A stretch of 60,188 nucleotides of DNA, the filler included, from Hausera hauseri (Eukaryota), in assembly GCA_046269625.1 (NCBI GenBank). It is 11 parts of 11 records of this genome, joined end to end, with 100 filler letters (N's around TTAATTAATTAA, not from the genome) between each part and the next. Parts side by side here need not be neighbours in the genome. Positions count along the whole stretch, not along the records: positions 31,589 to 36,223 come from JBJURY010494797.1; positions 36,324 to 41,788 come from JBJURY010248626.1; positions 41,889 to 45,859 come from JBJURY010848969.1; positions 45,960 to 54,966 come from JBJURY010487686.1; 7 more parts are not named here. One strand, written 5' to 3'. Shown piece by piece: positions 32,374-45,960 of the stretch (the stretch's first letter is position 1; each line of letters starts with the position of its first letter). The notes beneath the pieces were generated by a model. That model did not search any database. It had not been told where the DNA came from and saw only the letters and a program-made list of their open reading frames with translations. The position numbers and the translations under genes are program-made.

Positions 32374-34739
32374 CAGAGGTTCCCAAACTTTTTTCTCTCG
32401 CAGACCCTTTGCCATGTTTTTCGGTTTTGGGTAGACCCCTTGCTATACACTATAAAAGATTTAAATTTCAACAGTAATGAAGTTCCTATAATGTGAAAAA
32501 GCAAAAGCAAAAACAAAACAAAACATTTTTATATAATTATTAATTAAATTTAAATTAAAATATTATAGTATCTGTTACATAAAAAGAAATAAGCAAAAAA
32601 ATATATTCATTTAATGGGAGGGATGAACTTGATGATTTAATAACAAATTATCAACAGTTGGCTTCAATTTAGTTAGATTTAATCTCAAATCTCCTCGGTT
32701 AATGATGTCCAGTTTGTTTCTTTTTTTGTAATGAGATTTGTCACTGCGCTGAAACCTCTTTCCACTAGATATGAAGACGGAAAAGCAATTAAAAACTTTC
32801 TCGCGGTATTCCATAATACGGGATAAGTAATAGGTATGTCTTTTTGAAGCCAGAAATGTTGATATCCGTTTCTAAACTGTACCTTAAGTTCTTCGTTAGT
32901 ACTTATTCCAATCAATTCCTCTTGTAACGTGACATCCGTTTCTTCAATGTCACCATATGGATTGATAATCCATTGCGGTATTATCAGCGTCAAAATATCC
33001 TCAAATCTAGTTTCAAAATCTGAATGGAGTGCTGTCAAATGTTGGACATAGATTGCAACATCGTCTTCCTGGCAGTTAACCTGGGACAAATTGGGGAACT
33101 GGGAAAATTCGCACCGTCCAATGTTTTGCTTCATCAGTTTAATTCTGGCAAGAAACGCTGAAATGATCGACTTTGTTTTAATCAGGTTTAAACTGTCACC
33201 TTGCAGCTGCAAGTTCACCATATTAAATTTAGCAAACAAATCTGTCAAATAAGCAATGTCTGTTTTTCTCTTCAATAAATTTTCTTTCAAATTTTCATCT
33301 TTACCATCGAGAAACTCTATAACAGTTTCAAATAGTGTAAAAAATCTTGTTAAGCATAAGCCTTTCGACAGCCAGCGCACTTTTGTGTGAAGAAGTAATT
33401 GGTAGAAGTTCTCGTCATTTTCTTCACACAACTGCGCAAATAACCGCGTATTCAACGCATTGTTTCGAATTCGGTTTACTGCATCAATGACAAATTGGAG
33501 AGATTCATGCAATCTTACATTCAAATTTTTAGCAACTAAATGTTGTCTATGGATGACACAGTGTACAGCTAAAACCCCGGGTACGTTTTCTTTTAAAAAG
33601 CTTATAAAGCCACGATAACGCCCAACCATGGCAGGTGCTCCATCTGTAGCTACCGATATTATATTTGATAAAGGAATTACTTTGTCCATGAAGTAATCCT
33701 TCAAAACATGAAATATTGATTCGCCTTTAGTATCGGTTGCCAAAGTTCTCGCAAATAGCAATTCTTCGTGGATATTTTGATCCATAATAAAACGTACATA
33801 TGCCAATAATAATGTTTCATTATCAGGTAAAGTTGACTCGTCCAGCTGTATAGAGAAATGGGTCGTTTGCAAATAATTACATAAGAAGCTTTCAATATCA
33901 TAACTCATTTCATCAATACGTCTTTGAACTGAGTTTTTGCTTAAGGAAATTTTTTTAATGATATCAAATGCAGGCTTGTGTAAAACAGTTTTTAAAACTT
34001 CCTCAATGGCTGGCAAAATTAACTGTTCTCCGATAGTATGCGGTTTTCCGGATTTTGCTATAAGCAACGAGATATTGTAAGACGCACGCAAACCATCATC
34101 GTTTCTTTGTGACGTTGAAGTGAACATTTTGTCCAGTGTGGGTCTTTTCTGAAAATTCTCTTTAAGTGTTTGAAAATATTTCAAATCTTTATCTGTTTTA
34201 TCAGGGTGACATCGTCTTAGATGATCTTCCAGCTTAGATGGCTTCATAGCGTCATTGCTAAAAACTTTGTTGCATAAAAGGCACAAGGGCATTTGTTTGT
34301 TCGACAATGATGGGATGAACCCAAACTTCAGATAATCTACATTGTACTGTCTGCATTTCTTTTTTGATTCCGTCATGTTTAGTGTCAATTGTCTGTGGAT
34401 AAAAATAATCTATTTAAACAAAATGATATTGATTCACTTTAATTTATAAGTGCCTAATTACCAGTTTACATTATTATTAAATATTTTCCTTTTTAAGACT
34501 AATGATATCATAAATAAGGTTAGTTTTATTGCCGAGAAAGAAGCTTATATTAATATTTTTATAATATTTTTAATATTAAAACTGTATCAATTATACTGTT
34601 TTTTGCATTTTTTGAAAAATTCTTCCCATTGACCCCCAATTACATTTCATAGACCCCCAATTTTTGTTTTTCCCACGTAGACCCCTTGCATGTCTTCATC
34701 GCCCCTGGGGGTCGATATGGACCACTTTGGAAATCACTG
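32374..34739 (-). mobile_element. hAT Buster-family DNA transposon (2,366 bp)
   Basis: TIRs CAGAGGTTCCCAAA / CAGTGATTTCCAAA; subterminal GACCCC repeats at both ends; nnnTAnnn flanks. Confidence 0.9.
32611..34388 (-). CDS. Buster-type hAT transposase (SCAND3/ZBED8-like), single frameshift near the C-terminus
   Basis: BED finger (CLLC...HLRRCH), SIQLDEST, TDGAPAM, HCVIH, VRWLS, FPSSYLVERGFS. The true C-terminus (RGDLRLNLT...HPSH*) is in another frame after an A-run near 32720-32727. Confidence 0.9.
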
Positions 34740-35884
34740 GGCTAGAGTCAGATGTCGTAGTGGTAGATTTTTACAAAACCGAGATGAGCATACAAAAGGT
34801 AATGTTCCATAGCGTTACTAAGCCTTACACGGGAAACCAAAAGTGCCACATTTAGGATGGTACTTGCTCTTTTAGAAGCTCCATGGTAGTTTGGAAACCC
34901 CCAGCCGAGACCGATTGCAATTTTATCAGAATTAAAGAACTTAAGTTTAATGAGACGACAGGGAAACGATGCATCAGTAGCATGGAAACTAACTCTAAAA
35001 CACGAAAAGATGTAGCCGAACAGTCTACACCTACTATACTGATTTCTGATACCCATGGATTAAAATTTGTGAAGAAAGATGTATCACAAGATGCAATGTC
35101 ATAATGTACGTCACCAATTATGAAGTATTCTTTGTAGCTGAGACGGAGATAAACGCCAGGACGTTTAAGCTCTAGACTCAAGATATTCGTTTTGCGGATT
35201 ATTTGAAAATCCAAGGGTTTTTCTAAAGAAAACGATCCGACAACGGGAAGGGTCAACGGTTGCTGGTACCAAATTGGATATTTCAAATCCTCGTAATTGT
35301 CAACATCAACGAATCCATTAAATTTATCATTTTCTTTCAAATTTCAAAGTGCTCATCAGGGTGGTGGTGTTATTGATTTCTTAAACAGTGTCTTTAGAGT
35401 CAACCAGTTGCATCGCGATTTATTTCACAATAAAATACTACAGCCCGTCAAAGCCATATATAAAATTTCCACAGTTATCGCGCGGATAATAAAACTAGCC
35501 TAAAGGCTGTTCAGAATCGCCGCAGGTGACGCACTTCTTATCTGTAGCCTGTTGCCATGCTGGTTGATCCTCGTTTCGAGCAGCTTCGTTTCGTTTTTGC
35601 TCGTCTTCTTAGCACCCAAACAACTCATCTGCTATTATCAGCAGCATTTTATCCTCTAAGGTTCTCATCAGATATCAAAAGCCAAAGCCAATCGTCTTCC
35701 ATAGCTATTACTTCATCAAGCACTTCATCCTGCACTTCATAGAGCTACTTATATTGAATTCTTCCAGATAAGCCTGTCTTCGATCGTGCTGCTAATTTTG
35801 AACAACATTAATGTTATCACACTTTATCGGTGAGCCTTTTATGGCTCGACAGTCTGATCCTATTTCACGATGAGTGTAAATATG

Positions 35885-36050
35885 CACATATTTCCTATAA
35901 TGGTAAAACCCCAATGAACATTCCTGGCACCGCCACCGACAAGTATATGGTTAGAAACGATGTCGAGTAATGCTTGTTAAATTATTACAGACGATTATAG
36001 CCGACATCTGGCTCAGAATGGAACGATGTTGATTTATACTTCTCAATGAA
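35885..36050 (+). pseudogene. hAT C-terminal dimerization domain remnant
   Basis: FPIM...FLAPPPTS motif; heavily decayed. Confidence 0.35.
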
Positions 36051-36323
36051 TGTGAAATGTGGTAACCAATCCAAACATAGAAAATAAAAGTCAGGCCGTA
36101 TAAGATGATAATCTATCGACTAGTCTTACAAATTTTCTTACAAATATCGTACAAATATCTTACAAATATCATATCACAAATTGATGACATACGAGAAAGA
36201 ATTTTTAAAAAGGCCAGCGGTCTNNNNNNNNNNNNNNNNNNNNNNNNNNNNNNNNNNNNNNNNNNNNTTAATTAATTAANNNNNNNNNNNNNNNNNNNNN
36301 NNNNNNNNNNNNNNNNNNNNNNN

Positions 36324-36510
36324 GCAGCGATCGATTTGTGAAATGTGCAAAAGTGCCCTTAGCAACGGTGCCTAACGGCACCGTTGCCAGGCACTTTATG
36401 AATCGATTGTGCTCCGGGTGCACTATCGATCGGCACATGTGCAATATCGATTTATCGATTAACCCCCCACCCCCGGGGGGTCTGTGCCCGAATTCCCATT
36501 TCCCCCTACT
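36324..36510. mobile_element. Probable Maverick-type terminal region with a strong hairpin
   Basis: GC-rich, repeated ATCGAT, hairpin at 36350-36397, ends CCCCCTACT. Confidence 0.4.
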
Positions 36511-37497
36511 ATTCGCAATGGACATAGTCTCCAATCGATACGTATGACGTTGACACCCCTTGGACTGTATAGGTAAATTTCACCGTTGTCTGGTAATATA
36601 CGGGACTTAATCTTGGACCAACTTCATATTCACTTTTAATATGTTTACCTTTGTACTCTATTTTTGAATCCAAATTTCTGCGCCATCTCAGAGGACTCAA
36701 AGTTAACAGTAAATTCAAAATCTGCCATAAAATGTAAGTTTTGATCTAAAGAAAAAGCACCGATTTTGCCTTGTAAATGGCCGATTCTCCAACTGCTATT
36801 TTATTCTTAGTAAGTGTCAGAGTACAAGTATGTGTTTTGGTTTCAGTAGCAGTCTTGTACGTTATTTTCATACTACCTTTCAATGTCACTGGTGCGTAGG
36901 GAAAGTTAAATTCCGTATGTGAAACCTCTCATTTTCCAGATAAATCCAAAGGATTGTTCCAATCTGCAATGTTTTCACGGGCTGAATTGTTCGGAAAAGT
37001 CGTCGGACAACTGTTACTCGGCAATACCATGTAAATACTCAAGCACAATGATATCAATGATGATAATGCAGTTTGTTTATTACCGACGACGTCGAAAATG
37101 TACCGTCAAATGTGTCGTTGACCCAAACAGAAATTTAATGGGTTTCCAAAATTCACCAAGCATATACACGGAAATACTGTGCACAATATTGTGAGACAAT
37201 GATAAGTACATGGGTCTGAGCATATTAACGAGTACAGTTTCACCCGATGTTTTGTACGTGTACAGTGCAATAACACAAATCGTTTTTCTCCGATGTGAAG
37301 AGGCGGAATTGAATGTAATGTCACCGGAACAATGGGGATTGTTTTGCATCAGTGAATGGACACGAAATGAATATAAAGAATTTGGCTTTGGTGATATGGA
37401 CAAAACCACCTGTTTAATGGTTGTGATGATAATAATAATATTAGTTAGTTGTTTTGCTTGTTTTATAAACAGAAAATGATTTTGTACATGATAAGTA

Positions 37498-37980
37498 ATG
37501 GCTACAGGATTTATAGATATTGAAGCTTTCCAAGATGATAATGCCCGGTACATAATAAAGAAATTATGCATTATGGACGTCGGTAACATTTTCGAACCGT
37601 TTGTGTACATATGCAGGCCCGGTATTGTGTGGTAAGACATGACGGAAATTACAAATGGATTTCTCTATCGACATCGTCATGGACTTCATTAGTATGAAGG
37701 TAATTCAACTTTTTGTGCGCCATATATTATGCAAGAGATTTGTGATCGTTTTGACACTGCAAATACGATATTTTACATTAAAGATCAAATTGACGGATAA
37801 AAGTTTACACAACTCCATTCACAGTTTCCCGAGTTGCGAATGATGACGTATTCAACAACATCGAACAACTCGCTGGCGATGGTACCTGACAATATCCGAT
37901 ATCCGTATCGTGATCATGGACAACATTGTGCTTACAAAAAATGTCTATGGCTTTGTATTGACTATATTTCATGCAAATAA
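37498..37980 (+). pseudogene. DEDD-like exonuclease accessory gene of a Maverick-type element
   Basis: MATGFIDIEAFQ (DxE), YIIKKL, HGLH*YEG, FYIK and C-terminal DHGQHCA. Three stops and a frameshift; not in the ORF track. Confidence 0.55.
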
Positions 37981-38090
37981 ATAAACGTATTTCTGTGTTT
38001 CTTTTTTCTTTCCATAAATAAGGTACGACGTATTGGTCATTTCAGTAATTCAAAAACTATAAATATGGGTAGTAAATAATATTCATCATC

Positions 38091-38565
38091 ATGGAAATAG
38101 TTTATCAACTGAAGCAATTGCAAAATTTTGATGGATTATCAATTTCAGACATGGTACGATGGTGGCAAGTGCTTGATAGTGAGCTGGTTGCAACAGCTGC
38201 AGGTGATTGTGGATTTAAAGAAGATTTAGCGTCAATAGCATTGGTGACAACAACAGTAGCAGATTGCAGCTCTATAGAAAATCTAATTATTATGTTAAAT
38301 CAAATGTACATTCACCGATTGTAAGATACAAATGACTTTAATACTGTTGAAAAGGTACGCGGTGGACTAACGAACTTGAAAGAGAAAATAATCGAGAAAG
38401 TACGAGACTGTTAGTTTATATGCGTACTATGTAATCAAAGAAAAGTGGATATGGTATTCCTAATGTGCGGTCATCTTGTTGTGTCAAATATGTTCCACCA
38501 AAGTAACAACCCAATGTCCAGAATGTAAATGTGCTATAATGGAAATTGTACCCATTTATTACTAA
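38091..38565 (+). pseudogene. Protein with C-terminal IAP-type RING finger
   Basis: LCVLC...MVFLMCGHLV...CPECKCAIMEIVPIYY* across frameshifts. Confidence 0.7.
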
Positions 38566-38746
38566 TGACTTCTTCAATAGCGGAACATGGGCTTCAATGA
38601 CGTGGAGGTAATTTGTATCATTGTAATATGAGACAATACTCAGAAAGTAAATGCCTATTGTTTATAATGAAAACAAACCTTTGACATAAATAAAGATATC
38701 AATGTCTTTGGGAAACAATTAAGCAGGTGACAGTCTCAAAAAGCCA

Positions 38747-39163
38747 ATGTACAGCGAATATTCGCTCAGAAATTACCGGTTGTATAATGGATACAACTTA
38801 CATTATCTGCGCAATTCTATTCAATTACCATTGACGCAAACGGCCAAAATCAAACCGGTGAAATATGGTTTATTGGTGAAAAATATCAGCGACGATGATT
38901 TGGATACAATTGAAGACACAATTAGAAAAGTTGACAGTGATTTGGCGTTGAGTAACGATATCCGATATACATCGTCGATTTTTCTGAAAGGAAATATGGC
39001 GAAAATTGTCAGTTCACATGGTGGAGAAACAGCATCATGAGCAAAAGCAGTTTTACCACCGGAAGGAGCTAAAGGCCATCTAACATTGAAGTTGAAAGGA
39101 TACAAGGATCTGCACGGCTTTAAATCACCAATATGGAAGCTGGGAAAGTTTACGCGGATTTGA
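38747..39163 (+). pseudogene. Small conserved pPolB-linked protein (unknown; SSB candidate)
   Basis: One in-frame TGA at 39038-39040; homologous to 48044-48513. Confidence 0.55.
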
Positions 39164-39388
39164 CTTAATTTGTTTTTGATTTTGGCTTATGATGAATAAT
39201 AAATTTTATTGATTTTGTTTGTTTGTCATATTGTTTCTCGTCACATTAAGTTAAATAGATAAATTAAACGATAATAAAACAGAAGGCGAAAACAACGAAT
39301 AATATACATTATTTATACAAAAGAAACAGATCACATTGATTTGTCACAATCATTTGATCTGTCTGCACCGAATTCATGCGTGCGTGTT

Positions 39389-41788
39389 TTATCCCAAACG
39401 CCAATGTCCGTACGCCCAACTCTTATTCCGCCACACCAACTTACGCTTGTCATCATTGCATGATAAAGCGACTTTTGTATTGGTCACCGTATACAGCTGG
39501 TGCTGCATCTGTCGGGTGATCGTTTCTGATACAAGAACCTTTGATTGTCATTATTCTTCTTCATAGATACGACGATAATCACCGTGGTTTATTTCCGTCT
39601 GGGCCAACTGAATTTCTTTGGCGCGCATTTTCGGTCCACCGTCAGTTAAAAGGCTATAACATTTTGGCCGTAGAAATATCCATTCCCAATACTGAACCAG
39701 ACCTTCACTTTCATCCTTGAAGCAGCCGATTTTGTTGGTGATCGCGCTGCTGTACAACGGATGATCTGGTGGGTAGTTGGACGTGTCCAGTAATCCATCT
39801 GACTGCATTTGCTGCATTTGCTGCAGTAGCTGTTGGCTGTTGACTTTTTCAGCCGCAGGAAAACTTTCTATGTCAGCGGCAATTATACTCATGTCACAGC
39901 CATCAAACATTTGCCGGCAACGTGCCAAATCGACATACTGTAGCTCATATATCCGCAACTTGCTCAGGTCAAATACCACTTGTCCGATGTAATTTGGCCG
40001 GTCCAGATCGATTTCTTTTCTGTTTAACAGCACCACAACTAATCCATCGGCAATGTGCCTTACTCGTGTACATGACCAACCGCTTTTCGCTATTGCATAG
40101 ACGTACACTGAGCCGCTTTTTCAGATTCTCCACTGTTTTTCCGTACAGGGAATTATTTTGCAGATTGTAGTAGTCCTTTTCGAACTTTGTACAAGCTGCG
40201 GCTCGTTTTACCGAATTTCCGTCTATGTACGCATTGAATATGGGAGCCTGAGCAAATCGGATTGCACGATGCAGCTGTGTGACGCGTACACCGAGCTGCA
40301 TGTAGAACTGTAGCAAACGCCAATGGACCACGTAATTCAGCTTCGGTTCATGCGTCATGAGCAGTTTCTTCACTTTTGAGCCTGGCGAACATTGGTTAAA
40401 TGGTGCGACGGGTGATATCGTCCAAAACGTCATGAAGCTCATTTGGTACTAAGAAATCGATCTCCATCAGGTATCCGACTGAACCTGCCATGTCTGCTCC
40501 TGGTAGGTTGACCATTATGTCGTCAAGATCTTGTCTGCAGACAACCCATTCGAATGAACCGTATGGCAAAGGTTGCTAAAGCGCCCAGTCATACAGGTTA
40601 TTAATATCAATATACAGCAGTGATGTTATATCGGTAGCACGGACCTGATACTTGTTGACAAATGTCATGCCGCCGTGAATACCAACATCAAACAGCCGGT
40701 ACATTTCCGGGTCTTGCAGCACCTCAATGCCTCGATCCAGTGATATTACAGCTGACGGCCAACTCATTGCCGGTATGGAATAAAAGTTGAGTGGCTCCAG
40801 CATATTTTCAAGCAACGCTTTCGCTCGAAACGCTTGGAACACATCGGCTAATAAGTACACGTCCAGTTTAAGATACTGGAGCATGTAATCCTACATGTTT
40901 CTACAGCAAAGTTCTGTCCAGCAGCTCTGTGCTTTCCGGTATTCATCCTCTGGGATACCTGTTTATTGCGGCAGTAATTCCTCTGATGTTCGGAGTCGCT
41001 TATATAATGTTGCAAAGTTATATGGAAATATGCCTTTGCTGCGTGTAATATGTGCGTGGAACTGCGTCAGTGCTATCGACATATCTGGCAAGGCATTTAC
41101 CAACTTTGCCAATGATTCATTGAGAAATTGCAATGAATCAAGGAAGTGTACCTGAAACCGATTTATATGAGCAGACACTGACAGTCGGAATTATGGATTG
41201 TTCCCCGTGCGGAAATCCGTTCACTGACCATTTCAAAATATGGTGATAATTATAAACAATGATGTTATGAAATACTACCAGTAAGAATGGCCGCATGCGC
41301 CTTGACAAATTTCATGAATTACATGCTGATCCGAGATATCGACCAGTGAAGTGATCGCGATCTGGTATGAGCCGTTTCAGTGCGTCAAACAGTAATATTT
41401 TGTGGCACAGGTGACATTCACCTGTGACTGCAAATGTCAGGCGTTTATCTTCATTTGTCCACATCAAGGGTTTATTGCTATTTCTACTGTACCAGGGTTC
41501 GATTTCAGTTTCCACTATAGTTTGCAACTGCTGCAAGAAATCGCGTACACAATTCCATCCGTGAAAAACATGATATCGAGGTTGAACTGCGGCTTTTATT
41601 GGGAAAACCAACACACCGACGGCGATTGGAACATGTTTTTGGTCATATATGTTGTGCCGTGGTAAGATGGCTTCGATATCGGCATACACTACATATGCCG
41701 GACTGTCTGCGTTTGACCAATCAGTGAACTTGAGTTCCTGTTTGACGGGCATGACATACATTGTGGTTCCTGACGAATTTTGTCTGCA
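39389..41788 (-). pseudogene. Protein-primed family-B DNA polymerase (Maverick/Polinton/adintovirus type), degraded
   Basis: YADIE, KGIFPY, YLKLDVYLLADVF, DINNLY, NSLYGKTVEN, FKDE, PKCYS, AYGHW. Confidence 0.92.
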
Positions 41789-41888
41789 NNNNNNNNNNNN
41801 NNNNNNNNNNNNNNNNNNNNNNNNNNNNNNNNTTAATTAATTAANNNNNNNNNNNNNNNNNNNNNNNNNNNNNNNNNNNNNNNNNNNN

Positions 41889-44800
41889 TTCCGTCTGTTT
41901 CAGCTGGATGCCTTTTGCCCGCATTTTCGGCCCACAGTCTGTCAGAAGACTGTAGCACTTTGGGCGCAAAAATATCTATTCCCTGCATTGAACCCGGCCT
42001 TCACTTTCGTCCTTGAAGCAGCCGATTTTGTTTGTTAATGCGCTGCTGTACAGAGGATGGTTCTGCGCGTAGTTAGACCTATCCAGTAGTCAATCTGACA
42101 TCATTTGTTGGAGCAGCTGGTCTTGATTGATGTTTTTCAGCTCAAGGAAAAAGCTGTCTGTGTCACCGACAACAATACTAATCTCACAGCCGTCGAACAT
42201 TTGCAGATAGCGTGCCAAGCCGCGATACTTGAGCTCGTACATTCGCAACTTGCTCAGGTCAAATACCACTTTTCCGATATAGCTTGGTCGGTTCAGTACG
42301 ACTTCTTCTCTGTTTAGAAGCACGACAACCAATTTATCGGCAATGTGCATTGTTCGCCTAAACTGAGCCTTGCTGGTGTACGTAACCAGTCATTTTTCGT
42401 TATTTCACAGACGCACATTGAGCCGCTTCTTCAAATTCTCCACTATTTTCCCGTACAGTAAATTGTTTTTGAGCTTGTAATAGTCCTTTTCGAACTTTGT
42501 ACAAGCTGCGGCTCGTTTCCGTGAATTTTCATCAATGTACGCCTTGAATATCGGCGCCTGACTGAAGCAGATTGTACGATGCATTTGTTTGACGCGTACA
42601 CTCAACTGCATGTAGAACTGTAGCAGACGCCAATGGACCACGTAATTCAGGTTCAGTTCATACGTCATAAGCAATTTCTTCACCTTTGAGCCTGGCGGAC
42701 ATTGGCTAATTGGAGCGACCGGTAAATCGTCCAAAACGTCATGCAACTCATCTGGTACCACGAGATCGACCTCCATCAGGTATCCAACTGAGCCTGCCAT
42801 GTATTCTCGTGGTATGTTGACCATTATGTCGTCCAGATATTGTCTGTCGACTACCCATTCGAATGAACCGTACGGCAAGGGTTGCGAAAGCGCCCAGCCG
42901 TACAGATTATTAATGTCAATATACAGCAGTGATGTGGTATCGGGAACAGTGACCTGATGCTTGTTGACAAAAGTCATGCAACCGCGAATACCAACATCAA
43001 ACAGCCGGCACATTTTCGGGTCTTGCAATAGGTCTATATCCCGATCCAGTGACATCAGAGCGGATGCCCAACTCATTCCGGGTATTGAGTAAAAGTTGAG
43101 TGGCTCCAGCCTATCTTCTGCCAACGCTTTAGCTCGAAATGTCTGAAACACATCGGCTAACAGGTACATATTTAATTTCAGACACTGAAGAATGTAGTCC
43201 AACAGGTTTCTGCAACGGAGCTCTGCCTAAAATGACTGTGCTTTGTAATAATCTTCTTCTTCTGTGATACCGTGCCATTGCGGGGGTAATTTGTCTGTCG
43301 TCTGGAGCCGCTCGTACGATATCGCAAAGTCATAGGGAAATATGCCTTTTCTGCGTGCAAAATGCGCGGGGAACTGTGTCAGTGTTAGCGACACATCCGG
43401 CAAGGCATTTACCAGCTTTACTAGAGACTCATTGAGGAACTGTAATGAGTCAAGGAATCGCACCTTGAACCGATTTATGCATGCCGACAGAGACAGGTAT
43501 TTCTCCATCGTTGTTGGGATTATGGGCAGTTCCCAGTGTGGAAATCCAGTAATGGCCCATTTCAGAATATGGTAACAGTCATAACCCATGAAGTTATAAA
43601 ATATCACCGGCAGGAATGGCTGCACCCGTATTGCCAAATTGCATGAAATGCATGCTGCTCCCAAGTATTGACCAGTGAAATGATCGTGATTCTGTAACAG
43701 CCGTTCCTGTGCATCGAACGGCAATATTTTTTGGCCCAGGTAACATTCGTCAGTGGCAGCGGAAAGCAGCAGTTCATATTCGTCTGCCCATAACAAGGGT
43801 TTAGTGCTATTATTCCGATACCACGGCACGATTTCCGTTTCCACTATAGTCTCCAATCGATGTAGTAAATCACGCACACAATTCCATCCGTGGAAAAACG
43901 TAGTATTGCGGTTGTTTGTCGGCTTTATTAGGCACAACCAGCATGCCGACGGCGATTGGAACATTCTTTTGGTTATACACGTTGTGCCGCGATAGAATTG
44001 CTTCAATATCGGCATAAGCCACATATGCCGGACTGTCCGTTTTCGACCAGTCACCGCATCTCAGCTCCTTTTTGACGGGCATGACGTACATTGTTGTTCC
44101 CGACACGTTTCATCTGCATAGCGTCACGTGTTTTTCCCATGTCGCTTCTGATCTAGAGGCATTCAAACATATAGGGCATTATTTGCAGCGTATTTGTATT
44201 TGAATGAACTGGTCATAGTCCATGTTCAGCAGTTTGTCCAGATTTGTTACGGCCACGTATTGAAATTTTTCTGCCTGCTCCTATAGCAACATATATTAAA
44301 CGTCCATTCGGGTTCCGACTTCGATAGATTATGTTCACGTGAGGATTCTTGTAAATTTCCTCATCTGCCGGTAACTTTTTTACTGAGTTGTACGGGAAAC
44401 TTTGATTGACAGTGTCGGAGTGCGCAGTTCAAAAGCCGGAATGGTTTTCAGTTTCATCGGCATCCAGATTTCATCAAAGTCCAATTAAAAAATAGTGACG
44501 ATATTGTTTTGAACGATTTGCATGATTTTTGGTCACTTCGTCATATTTTAATATGACTAAAATACTGCTAGGAAAACAGTATTCGTCGCTATTATTTTCT
44601 ACATTCACTACTGTTTTAGAGTGTTTTAGGGCTGCAAGTGTCGGTATGAATGATCTCCCCGGCAATTAAATCATGTCACTCGACTTTGCAATGATAAGGT
44701 CGAGAGTGATAATCTTTACAATTCGCCATCCACTATCCCTTTCCGTGTAGTTGGCGATTTTCTCCTCGAGCTTTTCGCCAATCTCAGCGATAAAATCCTC

Positions 44801-45013
44801 GGTATATGGTACATCTCGATGTGACAGGTACCATTGTTTCCTGTCGCCTTGCATATTTCCGAATTCTGCAAGTGCATAATACTGCACTTTGCAGTGATGG
44901 TGGTGGTGTTGGAATTTTTCCACTTCAGATTCCAACCGGTTTCGCACAATAGATGGAACATATCTCAATTGCGTTGCTGTTGTTGTCGCTGACATGTTCA
45001 CTTTTATATTCAC
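41889..45013 (-). pseudogene. Protein-primed PolB, second closely related copy including the N-terminal region, degraded
   Basis: SGWRI, VVNVENNSDEYCF, YADIE, HDHFTGQYLGAACISCNL, DINNLYGWA, LYGKIVEN, GDTDSFF. Confidence 0.92.
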
Positions 45014-45960
45014 GTACGATTTTTTAGATCGTACATTACAGTAATGCGTGGTTCCTCCTCCTGTTGCTCCTGTTCCTTCTGATGCTGCTGCTCTTTCTGC
45101 TGTTTTTGATTTCTGTTGTTTTGCAAGTATTCGTCAAGACTTGTTAATGCCTGACGTTTCGTACTTGTTGAGGAATACTGCTGCTTCTGCTGCTGTTTTT
45201 TGCTGCGTCCATTAATATTTGTTTTTTTTGACCGCTTAAACTGGTTTAAGTGGTCATGGTGCTGATTATAAATTGTTTATAGTTGATTTGATTATCAGCT
45301 ATAGAACAACCGGGACATATATAAGCCCGTTTACTGTGCAACGCCATAGTATTGCTCTATTGAACTATTGTAACCACCAACGTCACGTACTTTATTGTTA
45401 CAGTAACGTGGGTATGTGGAGCAATGCACAACCGTCATCCTCTTGGATCATGTGAACGGACCGAGATGGTGCTTGTGCATCTCGTAAAATTCGGCGTACG
45501 GGCATGTGTTTTGAATAAAACAAACGGGAAACAGGCACGTGTCCTTGGTCACTAAATAATATTTGGCCATTTCTTTATGGCATTGTCCACCCTCATGTAT
45601 GCGGGCGACGCAATACATGGGATATTGTGAACATTTCTGAATTATAAACAAATTAAACTAAAAACAAATAAAAATGTGTTAATCATAAATAAACAAATTT
45701 AACTTCAATTCATCATAACTTATTCCACTTACTGCAGTCTCAAACGTCGCCTAAATCGGCTATGAACGTTTATTAACATTGCTACACTAAATCAAATGGA
45801 AGGGTATATTGAAAATGAAATTCAGAGATTGACCGATGACATTTTGACCGGACATGTGTNNNNNNNNNNNNNNNNNNNNNNNNNNNNNNNNNNNNNNNNN
45901 NNNTTAATTAATTAANNNNNNNNNNNNNNNNNNNNNNNNNNNNNNNNNNNNNNNNNNNNT

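Noticed and set aside
34740-35104. Possible viral glycoprotein remnant (CHI*DGTCSFRSSMVVWKP...CNF)
   Set aside because: Too short and decayed to support by eye; it would need a profile search.
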